A DNA stretch of 64,000 nucleotides, from NCBI GenBank assembly GCA_026770705.1, contig JANJGN010000150.1:682001-746000 (forward strand), given 5' to 3'. The notes below the pieces were generated by a model. The model was not told the DNA's origin. It saw only the letters and a list, made by a program, of their open reading frames with translations, and ran no database searches. This stretch comes from Isurus oxyrinchus (Eukaryota). The first letter of the stretch is position 1; every line of letters starts with the position of its first letter. A program made the position numbers and the translations under genes. Shown here piece by piece: positions 1 through 12,752 of this stretch.

Positions 1-51
1 CACAGAGAAGAGGAGACGGAATACGCACAGATCAGGTTCGAGCATAACTGA
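1..51 (+). CDS. 3' end of terminal cytoplasmic exon of an upstream Siglec-like paralogue (HREEETEYAQIRFEHN*)
   Basis: Frame-1 translation matches the C-termini at 2925-2975 and 33244-33294; contains the TxYxxI ITSM-like motif TEYAQI; TGA at 49-51. Confidence 0.85.
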   Translation, partial: HREEETEYAQIRFEHN

Positions 52-251
52 ATGAGAAACGGGGAGAGGGAGTGAGGAGGTATCAAGGTGGGGGTAGTGA
101 TCGAGATTCCTGGGAACAGGAAACAACCCACTGGGGGAGAGGGGGAGAGAGGGAGGAAGGGATGGAATTGGGCTGCGGTTGGTGTGGTTTGGAATGAAAT
201 GCTTTTCCAGAGAGGACTGGATGCTGAGCCATTGGGGACCGAGATTCACTG

Positions 252-284
<33 letters not shown>

Positions 285-639
285 CCCTCCCTCTCTCGCT
301 CTCTCTCTCTCCCTGTCTCTGTCTTTCTTTCTGTGTCTGTCTCTCATTCTCTATCTCCAGCTCCTCCTTTAAGATGCCCGTTAATAACTGACTTTGTTGA
401 CTCAGCTGTTGGTCTCCTGTCCCTAATATCTCCTCATGTGCCTCAGAGTCAGGTGAAGATGGACTAACAATCCCCGGATGAGCCTTGGGACATTTTGCTA
501 CATTGAAGGTGCTATATAAATGCAAGTAGTTGTAGTAACTCTGATCTGCTTCGATTAACAATGGAACCACAAAGGCTCCTTTGACAGGGCGTGTGTGCAG
601 CAGGGTCACAATAAATACATTGATCTGTGTGATTTTTAA

Positions 640-1100
640 TTCTTTCATCAAATGTGGCTGTCACTGGTGATGTCAGCGTTAATGCCCATCCCTAATTGCC
701 CTTGAGAAGGTGGTGGCGAGCTGCCTTCTTGACCCGCTGCAGTCCATGTGGTGTAGGTACACCCACAGTGCTGTTAGGGAGGGAGCTCCAGGATTTTGAC
801 CCAGCGACAGTGAAGGAACGGTGATATATTTCCAAGTCAGGATGGTGAGTGACTTGGAGGGGAACTTCCAGGTGGTGGTGTTCCCATGTGTCTGCTGCCC
901 TTGTCCTTCTAGATGGTAGAGGTCGTGGGTTTGGAAGGTGCTGTTGAAGGAGCCTTGCTGAGTTGCTGCAGTGCATCTTGTAGATGGTACACACACTGCT
1001 GCCACTGTGTGTTCGTGGTGGAGGGAGTGAGTGTTTAATGTGGTGGATGGGGTGTAGATCAATCGGGCTGCTTTGTCCTGGATGGTGTCAAGCTTCTTGA
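640..1100 (-). mobile_element. 3' fragment of a CR1-clade (HER1-like) shark LINE
   Basis: Reverse complement matches the LINE 3' ends at 4750-5220 and 35100-35555, including the tail shared with HE1-like SINEs (gggcaattagggatgggcattaa). Confidence 0.7.
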
Positions 1101-1232
1101 TTCTGTGCTTTGTGCAGAAGTGATTTAAAGAGACAGTCCAGTCGTTGGTGTAAGGTTACAGTGGGCTCTGTTTCTGTGCTGCTCTGACTCTCAGCTATAT
1201 GATAACCACAGTGTGATATTGTGTTATTGCAG

Positions 1233-1314
1233 GAGAAAGACAGCAACGGAGGAGAGAGTTTCAGGGACCAGAGACATTGCATTGACTCCCAGTCCACTAT
1301 CTGTGAAGCACCAG
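1233..1314 (+). CDS. Siglec-like cytoplasmic exon 1, duplicated copy (RKTATEERVSGTRDIALTPSPLSVKHQ)
   Basis: ttgcAG acceptor, cag|GTacag donor, 82 nt, phase 2-0; near-identical to 29913-29994. Confidence 0.75.
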
Positions 1315-1449
1315 GTACAGGAGCTGTTTACGCTCACTCCAAAGCTTCAACCTCAGTGTGTAGACAACACGTGTCCCAGATTCCCAGCCCAGTTATCCAC
1401 TGATTTGTACCTGTGGAGTCAGCAATGGTTCAGTATCATGCTGTCTCTC

Positions 1450-2205
1450 TGTTATAACACAGCAACTGGTAAAGGCTGTTGTTTAAAATCCCAGAGGGAA
1501 ACTTTAAACAACTGTCATAACCTATATTTCCCAGTGGAATGTTTGAGATGCAGCTCTAAATTCAGGAATAAGACCACCAGTTCTTGAGTTGGTTTTATTT
1601 CAATCATCATGAGATATTTATTAATTTAGACAAGTTTAACATATACACACGGCTACAACCAATATGATCATAACTGTTGAACAAATTCTAAAGCTTACCT
1701 CCTCTAAGACAACCCATAGAATTTAAGCAGACACCAGGCAAAGCATGTTCACCTCACAAATTCCAAATGAGGTTCCTTTCACTTTGGTTCCTTTGCAGAC
1801 AGGTGTAGGCTTACAGCTGCTTTGATGTTACAAGCGTCTGCTCTGCACACACAAAACTGCTCAAGTTAAACCTAACGCTTCTCTTTGAATGTAAATTCTC
1901 ATTGTATCATCAGGACCTTTGATCTCCACCTCTTCTAACAATAAATCCCCTTTCATTGCATCAAATTTATCAATAATATAAATGTTGATTGGTTTAAGAT
2001 TTCACTCTCAGACTTTGAATGCTCTGTTTAAAAATGCAAATTGCTTCTTTACCCCTCAGTTTACATCTCAAAACTATTATACATCGAAGTACCCAGACTG
2101 GCTGGCTTTAATCCAATTAAAACACACACAGACACATCCACACACTAAACCTCTATTAAAAAGAAAATTTCCAATTAAATTACATATGTTAATAGGTTAG
2201 TAACA
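1450..2205. mobile_element. Solo-LTR-like element
   Basis: Begins TGTTATAAC and ends GTAACA; similar to the insert at 6905-7734; absent from the paralogous intron after 30120. Confidence 0.5.
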
Positions 2206-2331
2206 CTGTGTCTATCCCTTCCTCTCTCTCTCTCTCTCTCTCTCATCCTCTCTCTGATTACAAGGTTCATGTTATTGAGCCTCACACCAGGCACCTGTGT
2301 GCAGAATCCAAGCCGTCACTCACCAGAGCCA

Positions 2332-2590
2332 TTACCGAGGGAGTGCGGGACTGACAGAGGGTCAGTACTGAGGGAGTGCGGGACTGACAGCGGGTCAGTA
2401 CTGAGGGAGTGCTGCACTGACAGAGGGTCAGTACTGAGGGAGTGCTGCACTGACAGAGGGTCAGTACTGAGGGAGTGCCGCACTGTCGGAGGGTCAGTAC
2501 TGAGGGAGTGCTTCACTGTCGGAGGGTCAGAATTGAGGAAGTACTGTACTATCAGAGGGTCAGTACTGAGGGAGCACTGCACTGCCATAG
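2332..2590. repeat. 33-bp minisatellite, about 8 units
   Basis: Unit actgagggagtgctgcactgtcagagggtcagt. Confidence 0.9.
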
Positions 2591-2726
2591 GTGGTTTCTT
2601 TCAGATGACATGAGGGAGGATTAAACCCACTGAGCCACGACTGACACTAACGACGCTGCACAATAATTTAACCCTATCAGTGCCAGTAAATGATGTGAGG
2701 AGTCTTCTGTTTCCATTTCTCTGTAG

Positions 2727-2975
2727 GGTAAACAGAACGTGCTGATTACTGAGCCCCGGAACACAACCAGAGACACAACTAGTGAGGGGGAGACCCCAGC
2801 TCCCCGGGGTCTCTCTGAAGGTCCAGTGGGAGGCGATGCTGGATATTGGCACATCGAAAAATCCGACGAGCTTCTCTACGCCAATCCCCAAGTTTTGAGG
2901 GTGTTCAGTGGTGATGGGTCTGTCCACCGGGAAGAGGAGACGGAATACGCACAGATCAGATTCAAGCGAAACTGA
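2727..2975 (+). CDS. Siglec-like terminal cytoplasmic exon, duplicated copy (degenerate ITIM LLYANP; ITSM-like TEYAQI)
   Basis: ctgtAG acceptor, phase 0, open to TGA at 2973-2975; paralogous to 33046-33294. Confidence 0.8.
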   Translation, partial: GKQNVLITEPRNTTRDTTSEGETPAPRGLSEGPVGGDAGYWHIEKSDELLYANPQVLRVFSGDGSVHREEETEYAQIRFKRN

Positions 2976-4484
2976 GTGTGAAATGGGGAGAGGGGGTGAG
3001 GAGGTTGGGGGCAGGGATTATGATTCCTGGGAACATGAGACAACCCACTGGGGGAGAGGGGGAGAGAGGGAGGAAGGGACTGAATGGGTCTGTGGTTGTC
3101 GTGGTTTGAAATGAAATTCTTACCCAGTGACAACTTGATGATGGTCCATTGGGGAAAGATATTCAGTGTCTCTCTCTGTCTCTCTCTATCAGTCTGTCTC
3201 TCTCTCTCTCCTCCTTTAACATGGTCCTTATTAACTGCCTTTGTTTACTCAGCTTTTGGTCATCTGTCCCTAATATCTCATTATGTGTCTCAGAGATGGA
3301 TTTATATGTAGTGAACAATCCCCTGAAGAGCCTTTGGACATTTTGCTACATTGAAGGTGCTATATAAATGCAAGTTGTTGTAGTAACTTTGATCTGTCTC
3401 AATTCAGAATGCAAACACGGAGAATCCTTCGACAGGGCATGTGTGCAACAGGCTCACAATAAATGCATTGCAGAGCAACAACTAAGCATGTCCTTTGATG
3501 CTGATGCATCCCAGTCCTGCTGTGTGGACACATCAAAACCGAGGGACTGCCTGACTGCGTGCAGCCAACATGGCCAAATAGTAATTAGCAGAAATGTGAC
3601 GTCACTGAACTTTGTTAACATTTCAGAATGTGCTTTCTGAATTCTGCAACTTGTTTATTCTGTGATAGATTACAAGAAGCTTTTGCATTTTCTATAATAT
3701 TACATTTATTGTCACAAGGGATTGAAATGCCCAGACAACTCTGTACAGATATATTTTCATTAAACATCTTACTCTGGGACAACCTTCCTGCTTCAATCTG
3801 TTAATTCATATCATTGCATTTCCCCACCAAATTATGAAAAATTCCTGTGTCCACATTTATCATGAAAATTTCCCATGTAAACATGTCACACTGTACTTAC
3901 ACTCTCTTGCCAGTGGTGGTGCTGTAGGCGCACCAAATTCTTTCTCAGAGACTGCAGGACATCTCCCAGTTGTCTTTACAATATTATTAAGATACAGGGA
4001 ATGGGGACAATCTTCACACTGTGGTTACGATGTTGTAAAGACAGAGAGCTGGTGAAACCTCTCCCCCTCCACAGAGTTGTGGGCAGGGTCAGTTCTGGCT
4101 GTGAAACCCCCACACTCGTCCCACGCCCCCTGTTCAATTCCCCATCCCTGCTCTAACTTAACGCTTTTACACATGAAGTGCGGGGCCCACAGGAAAATGT
4201 GGAAGGGCTGCCCATCGCAGCTGGAACAAGGATCCTGGCGGGTCTCCCAGGAAAGAATGGCGTAGTGGGGGAGGGGGAGCAGTGGGGTCAATATCCACAC
4301 CCTCCCCAACACCCCCATCACTGTCACTACCAAGAGGGAACATCAGTCTCGAGACAGAGGCCAGAGTGTGACCAACTGAGACAAACTGAGACTGAAACCA
4401 GCATCAACCAGTGTCCCAGCAAATAAGGTCGGAGTAGGGGAAATGGGGAAAAGACAGAAAGGTTCTTAATCTGAATGCACGCAA

Positions 4485-5220
4485 GAGAGAATCTAACCAA
4501 GCCCCTTGAGATTCAATGGCAGCACCATCACTGAATCCCAGAATATCAAAAGCCTGGGGGTTTCCATTGACGAGAATCTGAACTGGGTCAGCCACATAAA
4601 CATTGTGGCTACAAGAGCAGCTCAGAGGCTGGGAATCCTGCGGTGAGTAACTCACCTCCTGACTCCTCAAATCCTGTCCATCATCAACATAGCACAAGGC
4701 AGGAGTGTGAATGGAATACTCTCCACTTGCCCGGATGAGTGCAGCTCCAACAACACTCAAGAAGCTCGACACCACCCTGGACAAAGCAGCCCCGCTTGAT
4801 TGGCTCCCCCTCAACCACAGCAACACTCACTCCCTCCATCGTCAATGCACAGTGGCAGCAGTGTGTCCCATCTACAACATGAACTTCAGCAACTCAGCAA
4901 GGTTCCTTCAACAGCACCTTCCAATCTCACAACCTCTACCATTGAGAAGGACAAGGGCAGCAGGCATAGGGGAACACCACCACCTGGAAGTTCCCCTCCA
5001 AGCCACACATCATCCTGATTTTGAAATATATCGCCGTCCCTTCACTGCCACTGGGTCAAAATCTTGGACTTCCTTCTCTAACTGCATTGTGGGTGTACCT
5101 ACACCACATGGACTGCAGAGGTTCAGGAAGGCAGCTCACCACCACCTTCTCAAGGTAATTAGGGATGGGCCATAAATGCTGGCCTAGCCAGTGATGCCCA
5201 CTTCCCTTGGAAGAATGAAT
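4485..5220 (+). mobile_element. HER1-like CR1-clade LINE 3' fragment
   Basis: Degenerate RT C-terminus (MEYSPLA...APTTLKKLDT) plus the shared tail; same family as 34481-35555. Confidence 0.75.
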
Positions 5221-5229
5221 ATATAAAAC

Positions 5230-8150
5230 ATAAATTTGGAACAAAATGAATGAAGTCATAGCACAAATAGAGATTAATGGATACGATAAGATGGACACTG
5301 CAGAGAGTTGGTTGCAAGGTGACCAAGGTTGGAAATTGAAAATTGAAGGAAATTTGGACTTTTTGGAAGGATAGGAAAAATGAAAAGGAGGTGGGGTAGC
5401 TCTGTTAATAAAAGATGAAACCTCTGAAGTAGTGAGAAATGATTTTGGCTCAGATGTCAAGATGCACAGTCAGTTTGGGTGAATATAAGGAATTGCAAGG
5501 GAAAGAATGTCTGATGGGTTGGTTTATACTCCCCCCTGACAGTAGTTACACTGCAGGGATAGATTATAAATCAATACATCAGGAGGTCTGTGAGAAAGGC
5601 ACCACATTAATCATGGGAGTTTTCAATCGTCATATGGATTAGCCAAATCAGATTAGCAAATGTAGCTTTCAGCGAGGTTATACAGATTGTATTCAGGACA
5701 GTATTTTAGAACAATCCAACATGGAACCAACCAGGGAAGAGGCTGTTTTAGTCCTGGCAATGTTTAATGAGACAAGATTAATTAACATCTCATTGTAAAG
5801 GATCCTCAAGGGAAGAGTAATCATACGGTGTTGAAATTTAATATTCAGTTTAGAAACTTGGTTCTTAAGCTAGTGTCATAAACTTAACTAAAGGCAATTA
5901 CAAGGGTTAAAAGTAGAGTCGGCCCAAGTAGAGTGGGACAGCAGGTTAAAGTGGGGGGGGGGGGGTGTGTAGGTGAGGAGTAATAGGCATCTAAAGAGAT
6001 GTTTCATAAATTCCAATGAAGATATTTTCCAGTTAGAAAGAAAGAATCTATAAGAAGGATGGAGCATCGGTGGCTAACTCAGGAAGCTAAGGACGGTATC
6101 CAATTGTGAGATAAAGCCGGCAATGTTGGGATGCTTAGTGATAGGCTGGAGATTGGGAATATTTGAGAAACCAGAAAAGTGAGGGGAGAAATATAAGGAG
6201 GCAGAAATGATGATATGAGAGTAAACTAGCAAGAACCATAAACAATGTCTGTGAGATGTTGTACATTAAAATAAGAGAGAAGCTACAGTAATAATGGGAC
6301 ACATAGAAAATCAGACTGGGGAATTAATAATGGGAAACAGGAAACGACAGAGACTGTCAACAAGAATTTTGTGTCTGTCTTCACAGTAAAAATCTCTAAA
6401 ACCATCCCAATAGCAGGAGAAAGTCACGGTGCAACAAGGAGGGAAGAACATAAAACAATCACTATCACCAGAGAAAAAGTATTAAGAAAACTAATGAGAC
6501 AAATGCTGACAAGTCCCATGGAGCAGACGGCCTGAATGTGAGGGTCTGAAAGGAAATGGCTGCAGAGACGGTGGATGCATTGGTTGTAATCTTCCAGAAT
6601 TCCTTAGATTATGGGAAGGTCCCAGTGGATTGGAAAAACATAAATAAAACACTTCTGTTCAATAAAGGGAGGAGGCAGAAAGCAAGAAACTACAGGTCAG
6701 TTAGTCTAATATCTGTCATTGGGAAAATACCAGAATTCATTATGAAGGAGGGAGCAGCAGGACATTTAGAAAACCATAATTCAATCAGACAGAGTCAACA
6801 TGGGTTTGTGAAAGGGATATCATGTTTGAAAAAATAATTAGATTTCCTCGAGGATGTAACAAGTGGATTGGATAAAGGGGAACCTGTAGATGTGGTGTAT
6901 TAGGGACTATGACACAGCCAAGGGTAAAGGCTGAGTTGTTCAAATCCCAGAGGGAAAATTGAAACAACTGTCATAACCCAATTTTGCTATTTGTAATTTC
7001 GAGATGAAGACTTTGAATTCAGTAGGAATAAGACCACCGAGGATTGTGGGTTTTTTATATAAAACTAAATAGACCATTTATTAACTTAACAACAAAATTA
7101 ACATATACACATTGGCTACAAATAACTACTATAATAACTTTTTAACAAATCCCCCAACTAATCATCCCCATGTAAATCTCTACTAAGGCAACAATGAACC
7201 ATTGACATAATATAGACACCAGGCAAAGCACATTTGACATTACGAATTCCGAATGAGGTTCCTTTGCAAGTTGGTTGGAGGCTACAGGCTGGTTCGGTCT
7301 GAAATGCTCCTGCCTCACACACACAAACTCATTCCTTTATATAGCTAGCTTTCCCTTTGAATGTAAATTTTCCATTGTATCACTCGGTCTTCTGAACTCC
7401 AGCTCTTCGAACAATAAAAGCCCCTTTTATAGCACCAATTTCATTAGTAAGTTCAAGAAAAAACACATCTTTTGGCTCCTTCTAACTAGGTGCAAGATTT
7501 TACCCCCAGTCTGGAATGGTTTATTCAACAATTGCAAATGAACACTTTACTGTTCTCCTCACAATTCACCCAATTAACATCTCAAAACTACTAAACATCA
7601 AAGCACACAGACCAGCTGGCTTTAATCCAATTAAGACACACCCAGACACACACCTATACATGGACCACCACTAGAATTCTATTTTAAATAATAATTTCCA
7701 AGCACATTTGACACACAAATATCTCTTCATGACATTGGATTTCCAAAAGGCATTCGATAAGGTGCCACATCAAAGGATACTGCACAGGGTGAAATTGGAT
7801 GGTGTTGGGGGTATATATTAATACGGATAGAGGACTGGCTAACTGACAGGAAACAGAGAGCCAGGATAAATGGGTGATTTTCAGCTTGGTAAACTGTAAC
7901 TAGTGGAGAGCCACAGGGATCAGTGCTGAGGCCTCAACTATTCACAATCTACATTAGTGACTTGGATGAAGGGACTGACTGTACTGTAGGCAGATTTTCT
8001 GACTGTATGGTGAAGATAGGTAGGAAATATATAAGCTGAGCAGGAAAGCAAATTGTGAGGAGGACATAAAGAGGCTGCAGAGGGAGATAAATAGTTTCAG
8101 TGAGTGGATAAAATAATGAGTGGATGGAATATAAGGAGTGAAAATGTCAG
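5230..8150 (+). mobile_element. Degenerate CR1 LINE ORF2 (endonuclease to RT), interrupted by a solo LTR
   Basis: Motifs GGGVA, VPVDWK, NYRSVSLIS, SQHGF, DVVY/LDFQKAFDKVPH, PQGSVL; many stops and frameshifts. Confidence 0.85.
6905..7734. mobile_element. Solo-LTR-like element nested in the CR1
   Basis: Splits CR1 DVVY|LDFQKAF; ends TCATGACA; possible 4-bp target duplication ttag/ttgg; copy at 58587-59416. Confidence 0.6.
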
Positions 8151-8250
8151 GGTGTCCAGCTGATCCTACTTGTTCTGTTCTTATATTCTTATACAGACAC
8201 AGGGTTTACTGACAGTGCACAGCAAAGTGCTGTTCTCTCACTTTGTTCCA

Positions 8251-8390
8251 ACTTCCTCATTTTGTCTCACAGTGACACATCAGCCTTTTCTAATTAAATA
8301 CACAGATGGATCAGCACAGGAAGAGGTCATTCAGCCCAAGCAGATCGTGTGGGCAGTTCCTCCCCAGGCGAGCAGTCAGACAGGTCCTGG
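8251..8390 (+). promoter_or_regulatory. Putative Siglec promoter (PU.1/Spi box) and non-coding first exon
   Basis: ACTTCCTCATTT (minus strand AAATGAGGAAGT) at 8251-8262; donor tgg|GTAAGT at 8391; conserved in copies at 59934-60073 and 61687-61826. Confidence 0.5.
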
Positions 8391-8822
8391 GTAAGTAACG
8401 GAACGATTGGAATTCACTTCCACGACCAACACCGTCCTTTGTTGATGTTGTGACTTTATAAAGACAGATTCCAATGATGATGCCTTTGAAAGATTTCTAC
8501 TGATTATTGAATTCTGGGTGTGAGGCTCAAGTCTGTTGTACAGAACATCTTTCTAGCTCAAGGGACATGAGCTTGGGGATGGCCTGAGGTGGTGGAAGCG
8601 GCTATAGAAATGCAAGTCCTTCATTGTTTTTCTTTCTGAAAGCCTTGTAACTCTCTGCAGAGCACCTATCATCCCACAGAGAATCAAATTAGTCTGTGAA
8701 GATATTGTCTAAAAGCATTTCTGATCTCTCGAGAGCATTCAGACAAGAGGTGAAGTCTCATTAACTCCTTTCTCTTTCAGAACTTCAGAGTTAGAAGCTG
8801 AGGAAATATCTGAGAGTGGACC

Positions 8823-8862
8823 ATGATTCGGAAATCTTACTTCCTCCTGTCACTTCTCCAAG
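8823..8862 (+). CDS. Siglec-like gene A, leader exon (MIRKSYFLLSLLQ)
   Basis: tttcAG acceptor at 8780, ccATG, hydrophobic peptide, phase-1 donor caag|GTaata compatible with the V exon. Confidence 0.8.
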
Positions 8863-10047
8863 GTAATACCATCGTCAGCTCGGACAGATTTATGGTTAAT
8901 AGTCTTTGTAAAAGATCATTCTTATTGAGCTCTGATAGGGAACTGATTCAGCAGTGAGCCAGTGTACAAACTCACACCAAGTCCCATTCATCCATCACCC
9001 CTGTGCTCACTGATATACACTGACTCCCTGTCTGACAGCAGAATTGGAGGACAGCAGAGGTCTTGCAGGGTTGTAGGGGCTGAAGGAGTGTACAGGGATA
9101 GGCAGGTTTGTAGCAGCTAGAGCAGAATCTTAAAATTCAGTTGCTGTCGGACGTTGGTCACTGAGCGATGGGGATTGATGGGTTGAGTAGAGAAGCAGAG
9201 ATAAATACTGGCGGATGAAGCCTATCCTAATGCGAGGTCTCCAATAGCAATGGCCTGAAATTTTTGTTCTTTGCTGCCTGTATTCAAAATTACCCATGAA
9301 GACAACACAGCAGCTCCTAGAATAGACAGGTTGTTCAGTGTCACACTTCCTGTCCATTCTCACCATGCTAGATACTTCAATAAGAGAGCAAGATAACTGA
9401 AAGAGAGAAGAAGATGAAGCCGTTTGTGTGTAATTCTGTCAAATATTCCGAGTTATCATGAGTGTCTCTGATCTGCTGCAGAGTTTACATTTCACAGAAT
9501 CTTAGCACTTTGAAGCTCAGAGAGAGACCATTGACTCACTGCCTGAAAGGGCGGTGGAAGCAGATTCAACAGGAACTTTTAGAAGGGGAACTGGATAAAT
9601 ACTTGAAGGGAAATTTGCAGGGCTGTGTGAAAGGTGCTGGAGAGGAATTGGGAAAGAGCCAGCACATGCACGATGGGTCAAATGAGCTCCTCCTGTGTTG
9701 TATCATTCAACAATCAGACAATTTAAGAACCTTGTCAGCAAATCTTCAGAATCCTGCTGAATCACAGATGTTTCAGAAGGACAGGGAACAAGAGGTTTCT
9801 GGTATCAGCGTTTCATGTGGGGCCCAGTTCAGTTTGAGCAAAAAAATGACAACAGCATCTTTGAAAGTCATGAACCCACCACAGCGGCACCTCCGACACA
9901 TGCAGAGCTCAGGCTAGAGGCGCTTTGTTATTGTGTTTCTCAGGGTCTGCTGGAGTAGGGTCAGTGCTGATCTTGGGGACAAGTCAGTCTACAATGCTGC
10001 ATCGGAATCAACAATACAACAATATGGGGTTTGGATCAGAAATAATC

Positions 10048-10192
10048 CCTTAGACAATGAGGATCCAAAGAGATTCCTTAGACAATGAGGATCCAAAGAG
10101 ATTCCTTAGACAATGAGGATCCAAAGAGATTCCTTAGACAATGAGGATCCAAAGAGATTCCTTTGGCAGTGAGAATCCAAAGAGATTCCTTA
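10048..10192. repeat. 28-bp tandem repeat, about 5 copies
   Basis: Unit ccttagacaatgaggatccaaagagatt. Confidence 0.9.
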
Positions 10193-11899
10193 TTCCATTG
10201 GTTGTCTAACTGGGGTCCATGATTTTCCAAGGGGTCCTTGGCAGAATCAAATTATCGAGCAATAGTGTGTAAAATACCGGAGAGAACGGGAAAGGTGGGA
10301 TCAATGGAAAACTGTTCACTCTGTTTACACTAATGGGAGTTAGTCTCAGTAATGGAGAACATGAAACTATCATCGATTGTCATACACACCCATCTGGTTC
10401 ACTAATGGCCTTTAGGGAAGGAAATCTGCCGTCTATATCTGGTCTGGCCTACATGTGACTCCAGACTCATAGCAACGTGGTTCCTCTGAAATGTCCGAGC
10501 AAACCATCCAGTTCTCACCATGCTAGAAACTTCAATAAGGGAGTAAGATAACTGAAAGAGAGAAGGAAGCCTAAGCTGCTCATGTGGATAGATGTCAAAT
10601 ATCCTGAGTGATCATGTTTGTCTCTACTCTGCTACAGAGATTATGTCACGGGACATTAGAGATGGGCAGCAAATGCTGGCCTTGGCAGCGACGCCCACAT
10701 CCCATGAATGAATACATTTACAAAATCTTATTACTTGGAAGGTGCAAGTGCAGGTTGTTATGATCCTTGAGCAGACCCTCTCAGCACTGACCCTACTCCA
10801 GCAGACCCTGTGAAACACACTAACAAAGCGCCTCTCGCCTGAGCTCTGCATGTGTCGGAGGTGCCGCTGTGGTGGGTTCATGACTTTCAAAGATGGTGTT
10901 GTTTATTTGTTCAAACTGAACTGGGCCCCACACAAAACGCTGATACCAGAAACCTCTTGTTCCCTGTCCTTCTGAAATATCCGTGACTTCAGCAGGATTC
11001 TGAAGAGTTGCTGATGGAGGAACAGAAACCAATGATTTTTGGTAATTTACAGTTAGGAACAAGTAATGTTTTGTTTCAAGGAGACGAGGTTTGAGATTTA
11101 AGACGCCTGCGAAGAGAATAAAGCTACAAGATTCCTGTGAGTGGAACGTCACTGAGGCCATCCGAGTTGAAGCGACTTTTGGAGAGAATTCCAAGGCAGG
11201 ATGTACGAAGTTGAAGATTGGAATCCCTCATGAGAGAAACAGAGTTTCCATGGCTTTTAAACAAACAAAAATAAACTTTACTGCACCAGCTCAGAAAGAT
11301 AAAATAATTCACAATATCCACCTTATACTCTAACATTCTGGATTAATATGAGCTCATGTGAATTAACAGGCAAACTGTGGTCTCACAGCCACATTACTCA
11401 TTAAATTGTAAACGCGACCAAGATAGAGCCCATGGATTTCACAACAACCCACCCGGACATCAGTGAACACTGTCAGTCAACCAATCTCACTGAAACTCAC
11501 AGGGTTTCCATCTCTTCTCCTGAGGCTCCATTGCCCTGGATTCCCGACTATATACTCAAGCACCACTAGGATTAGATGAAAGGTTTTGATTGACTGGGTA
11601 GAGAGAGAATGTTCCCTCTTGCGGGCAGGAGAATAACTAGAGGCCGAGTGATTGGTGATTCCTTAAACATTGAAGAGGGAATGAACACCAATCAGATTGA
11701 ATCAGATTAGCCAATCAGCTGTGTTGAAGAGCAGACAGGAATGTTAGACTAATTAGTGATTCATGACGGTGATAATGGGGGGAGTTCTGAGGGCTCCTAA
11801 TCCATTGTCCTGTCTTGTAAATCAGCACTGAATGGATCTCAATTGGTGCGTCTTGTAGACACTGTGTTGGGTGGAAGACTGGCTTCACTAAGGGGAAGC

Positions 11900-12160
11900 G
11901 GTAGCAGAGAGGTATTGTCACTGGGCTAGTATTCCAGAGGCCCAGGGTGATGCTCTGGGGCCCTGGATGTGAATCCCATCACGGCAGATGAATGGGATTA
12001 AAAAGCCTGGTTCACTGATCACCTATAGGGAAGGAAATCTGCCACCCTTACCCAGTCTGGCCGACATGTCACTCCAAACCCACAGCAATGTGGTTGAATC
12101 TTAAATACCTCTGATAGACATGGGATGGGTAATAAATGCTATGAATGAATAATTTGAAAA
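11900..12160 (+). mobile_element. HE1-like tRNA-derived SINE
   Basis: ggtattgtcactgg...agggaaggaaatctgcc...gggatgggtaataaatgc; same family at 50400-50755 and 63735-64000. Confidence 0.65.
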
Positions 12161-12383
12161 AACTAAACAGGGTCCTGAGGACCATGAGCCAATATAGAAT
12201 CAACTAGTCCACTCCTGTGTCCAGGATTCTCTTCCATCCATTGTGAAACCTTAGGGATTTCCTTGTGTGTCCTGTAGATGGTCCACACTGCAGCCACTGT
12301 GCCCTAGTGATGGAGGAAGTAGATATCAAATCTAGTGGATCGAAAAAAGATCCAGAGTTAAATATTGATATTTCTCTCCCCAG

Positions 12384-12752
12384 TTGGACTGTCACAAGAG
12401 TGGAAAGGTGACACTCCACGAGAGGTGACAGCTCATGAAAGCTCGTGTGTACAGATTCCATGTCATTACAGTTATCCATCACATTTGGAAAACCAACCGC
12501 GAGGTGGAGTCTGGTTTAATAATGAGAAACAGATTCCCTGGGCTCCCATAGCCTTTCACTCCAAGGATCACAGTCACGAGTTACCACGGTTCCACCATCG
12601 GACCCGGCTGTCTGGAGACCTGAAAGATGGCGACTGTTCCCTGATTATAAACAACATCAGACGGGAAGATGCAGGACCTTATTTTTTCAGAATAGAATTT
12701 GACAATGGTCCGAGCCATAACTATTACCCTGTAACCCAGCTTCACGTTTCTG
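12384..12752 (+). CDS. Gene A, V-set Ig exon V1 (sialic-acid-binding type)
   Basis: cccAG...tctg|GTaagt, 369 nt, phase 1-1; Siglec hallmarks W near the N-terminus, SCVQIPC, DCSL, and YFFRIE with the essential Arg at 12689-12691. Confidence 0.92.

Noticed and set aside
3908-3925. CTCF-like motif gccagtggtggtgct (also at about 35745)
   Set aside because: One base short of consensus spacing; its conservation is explained by paralogy
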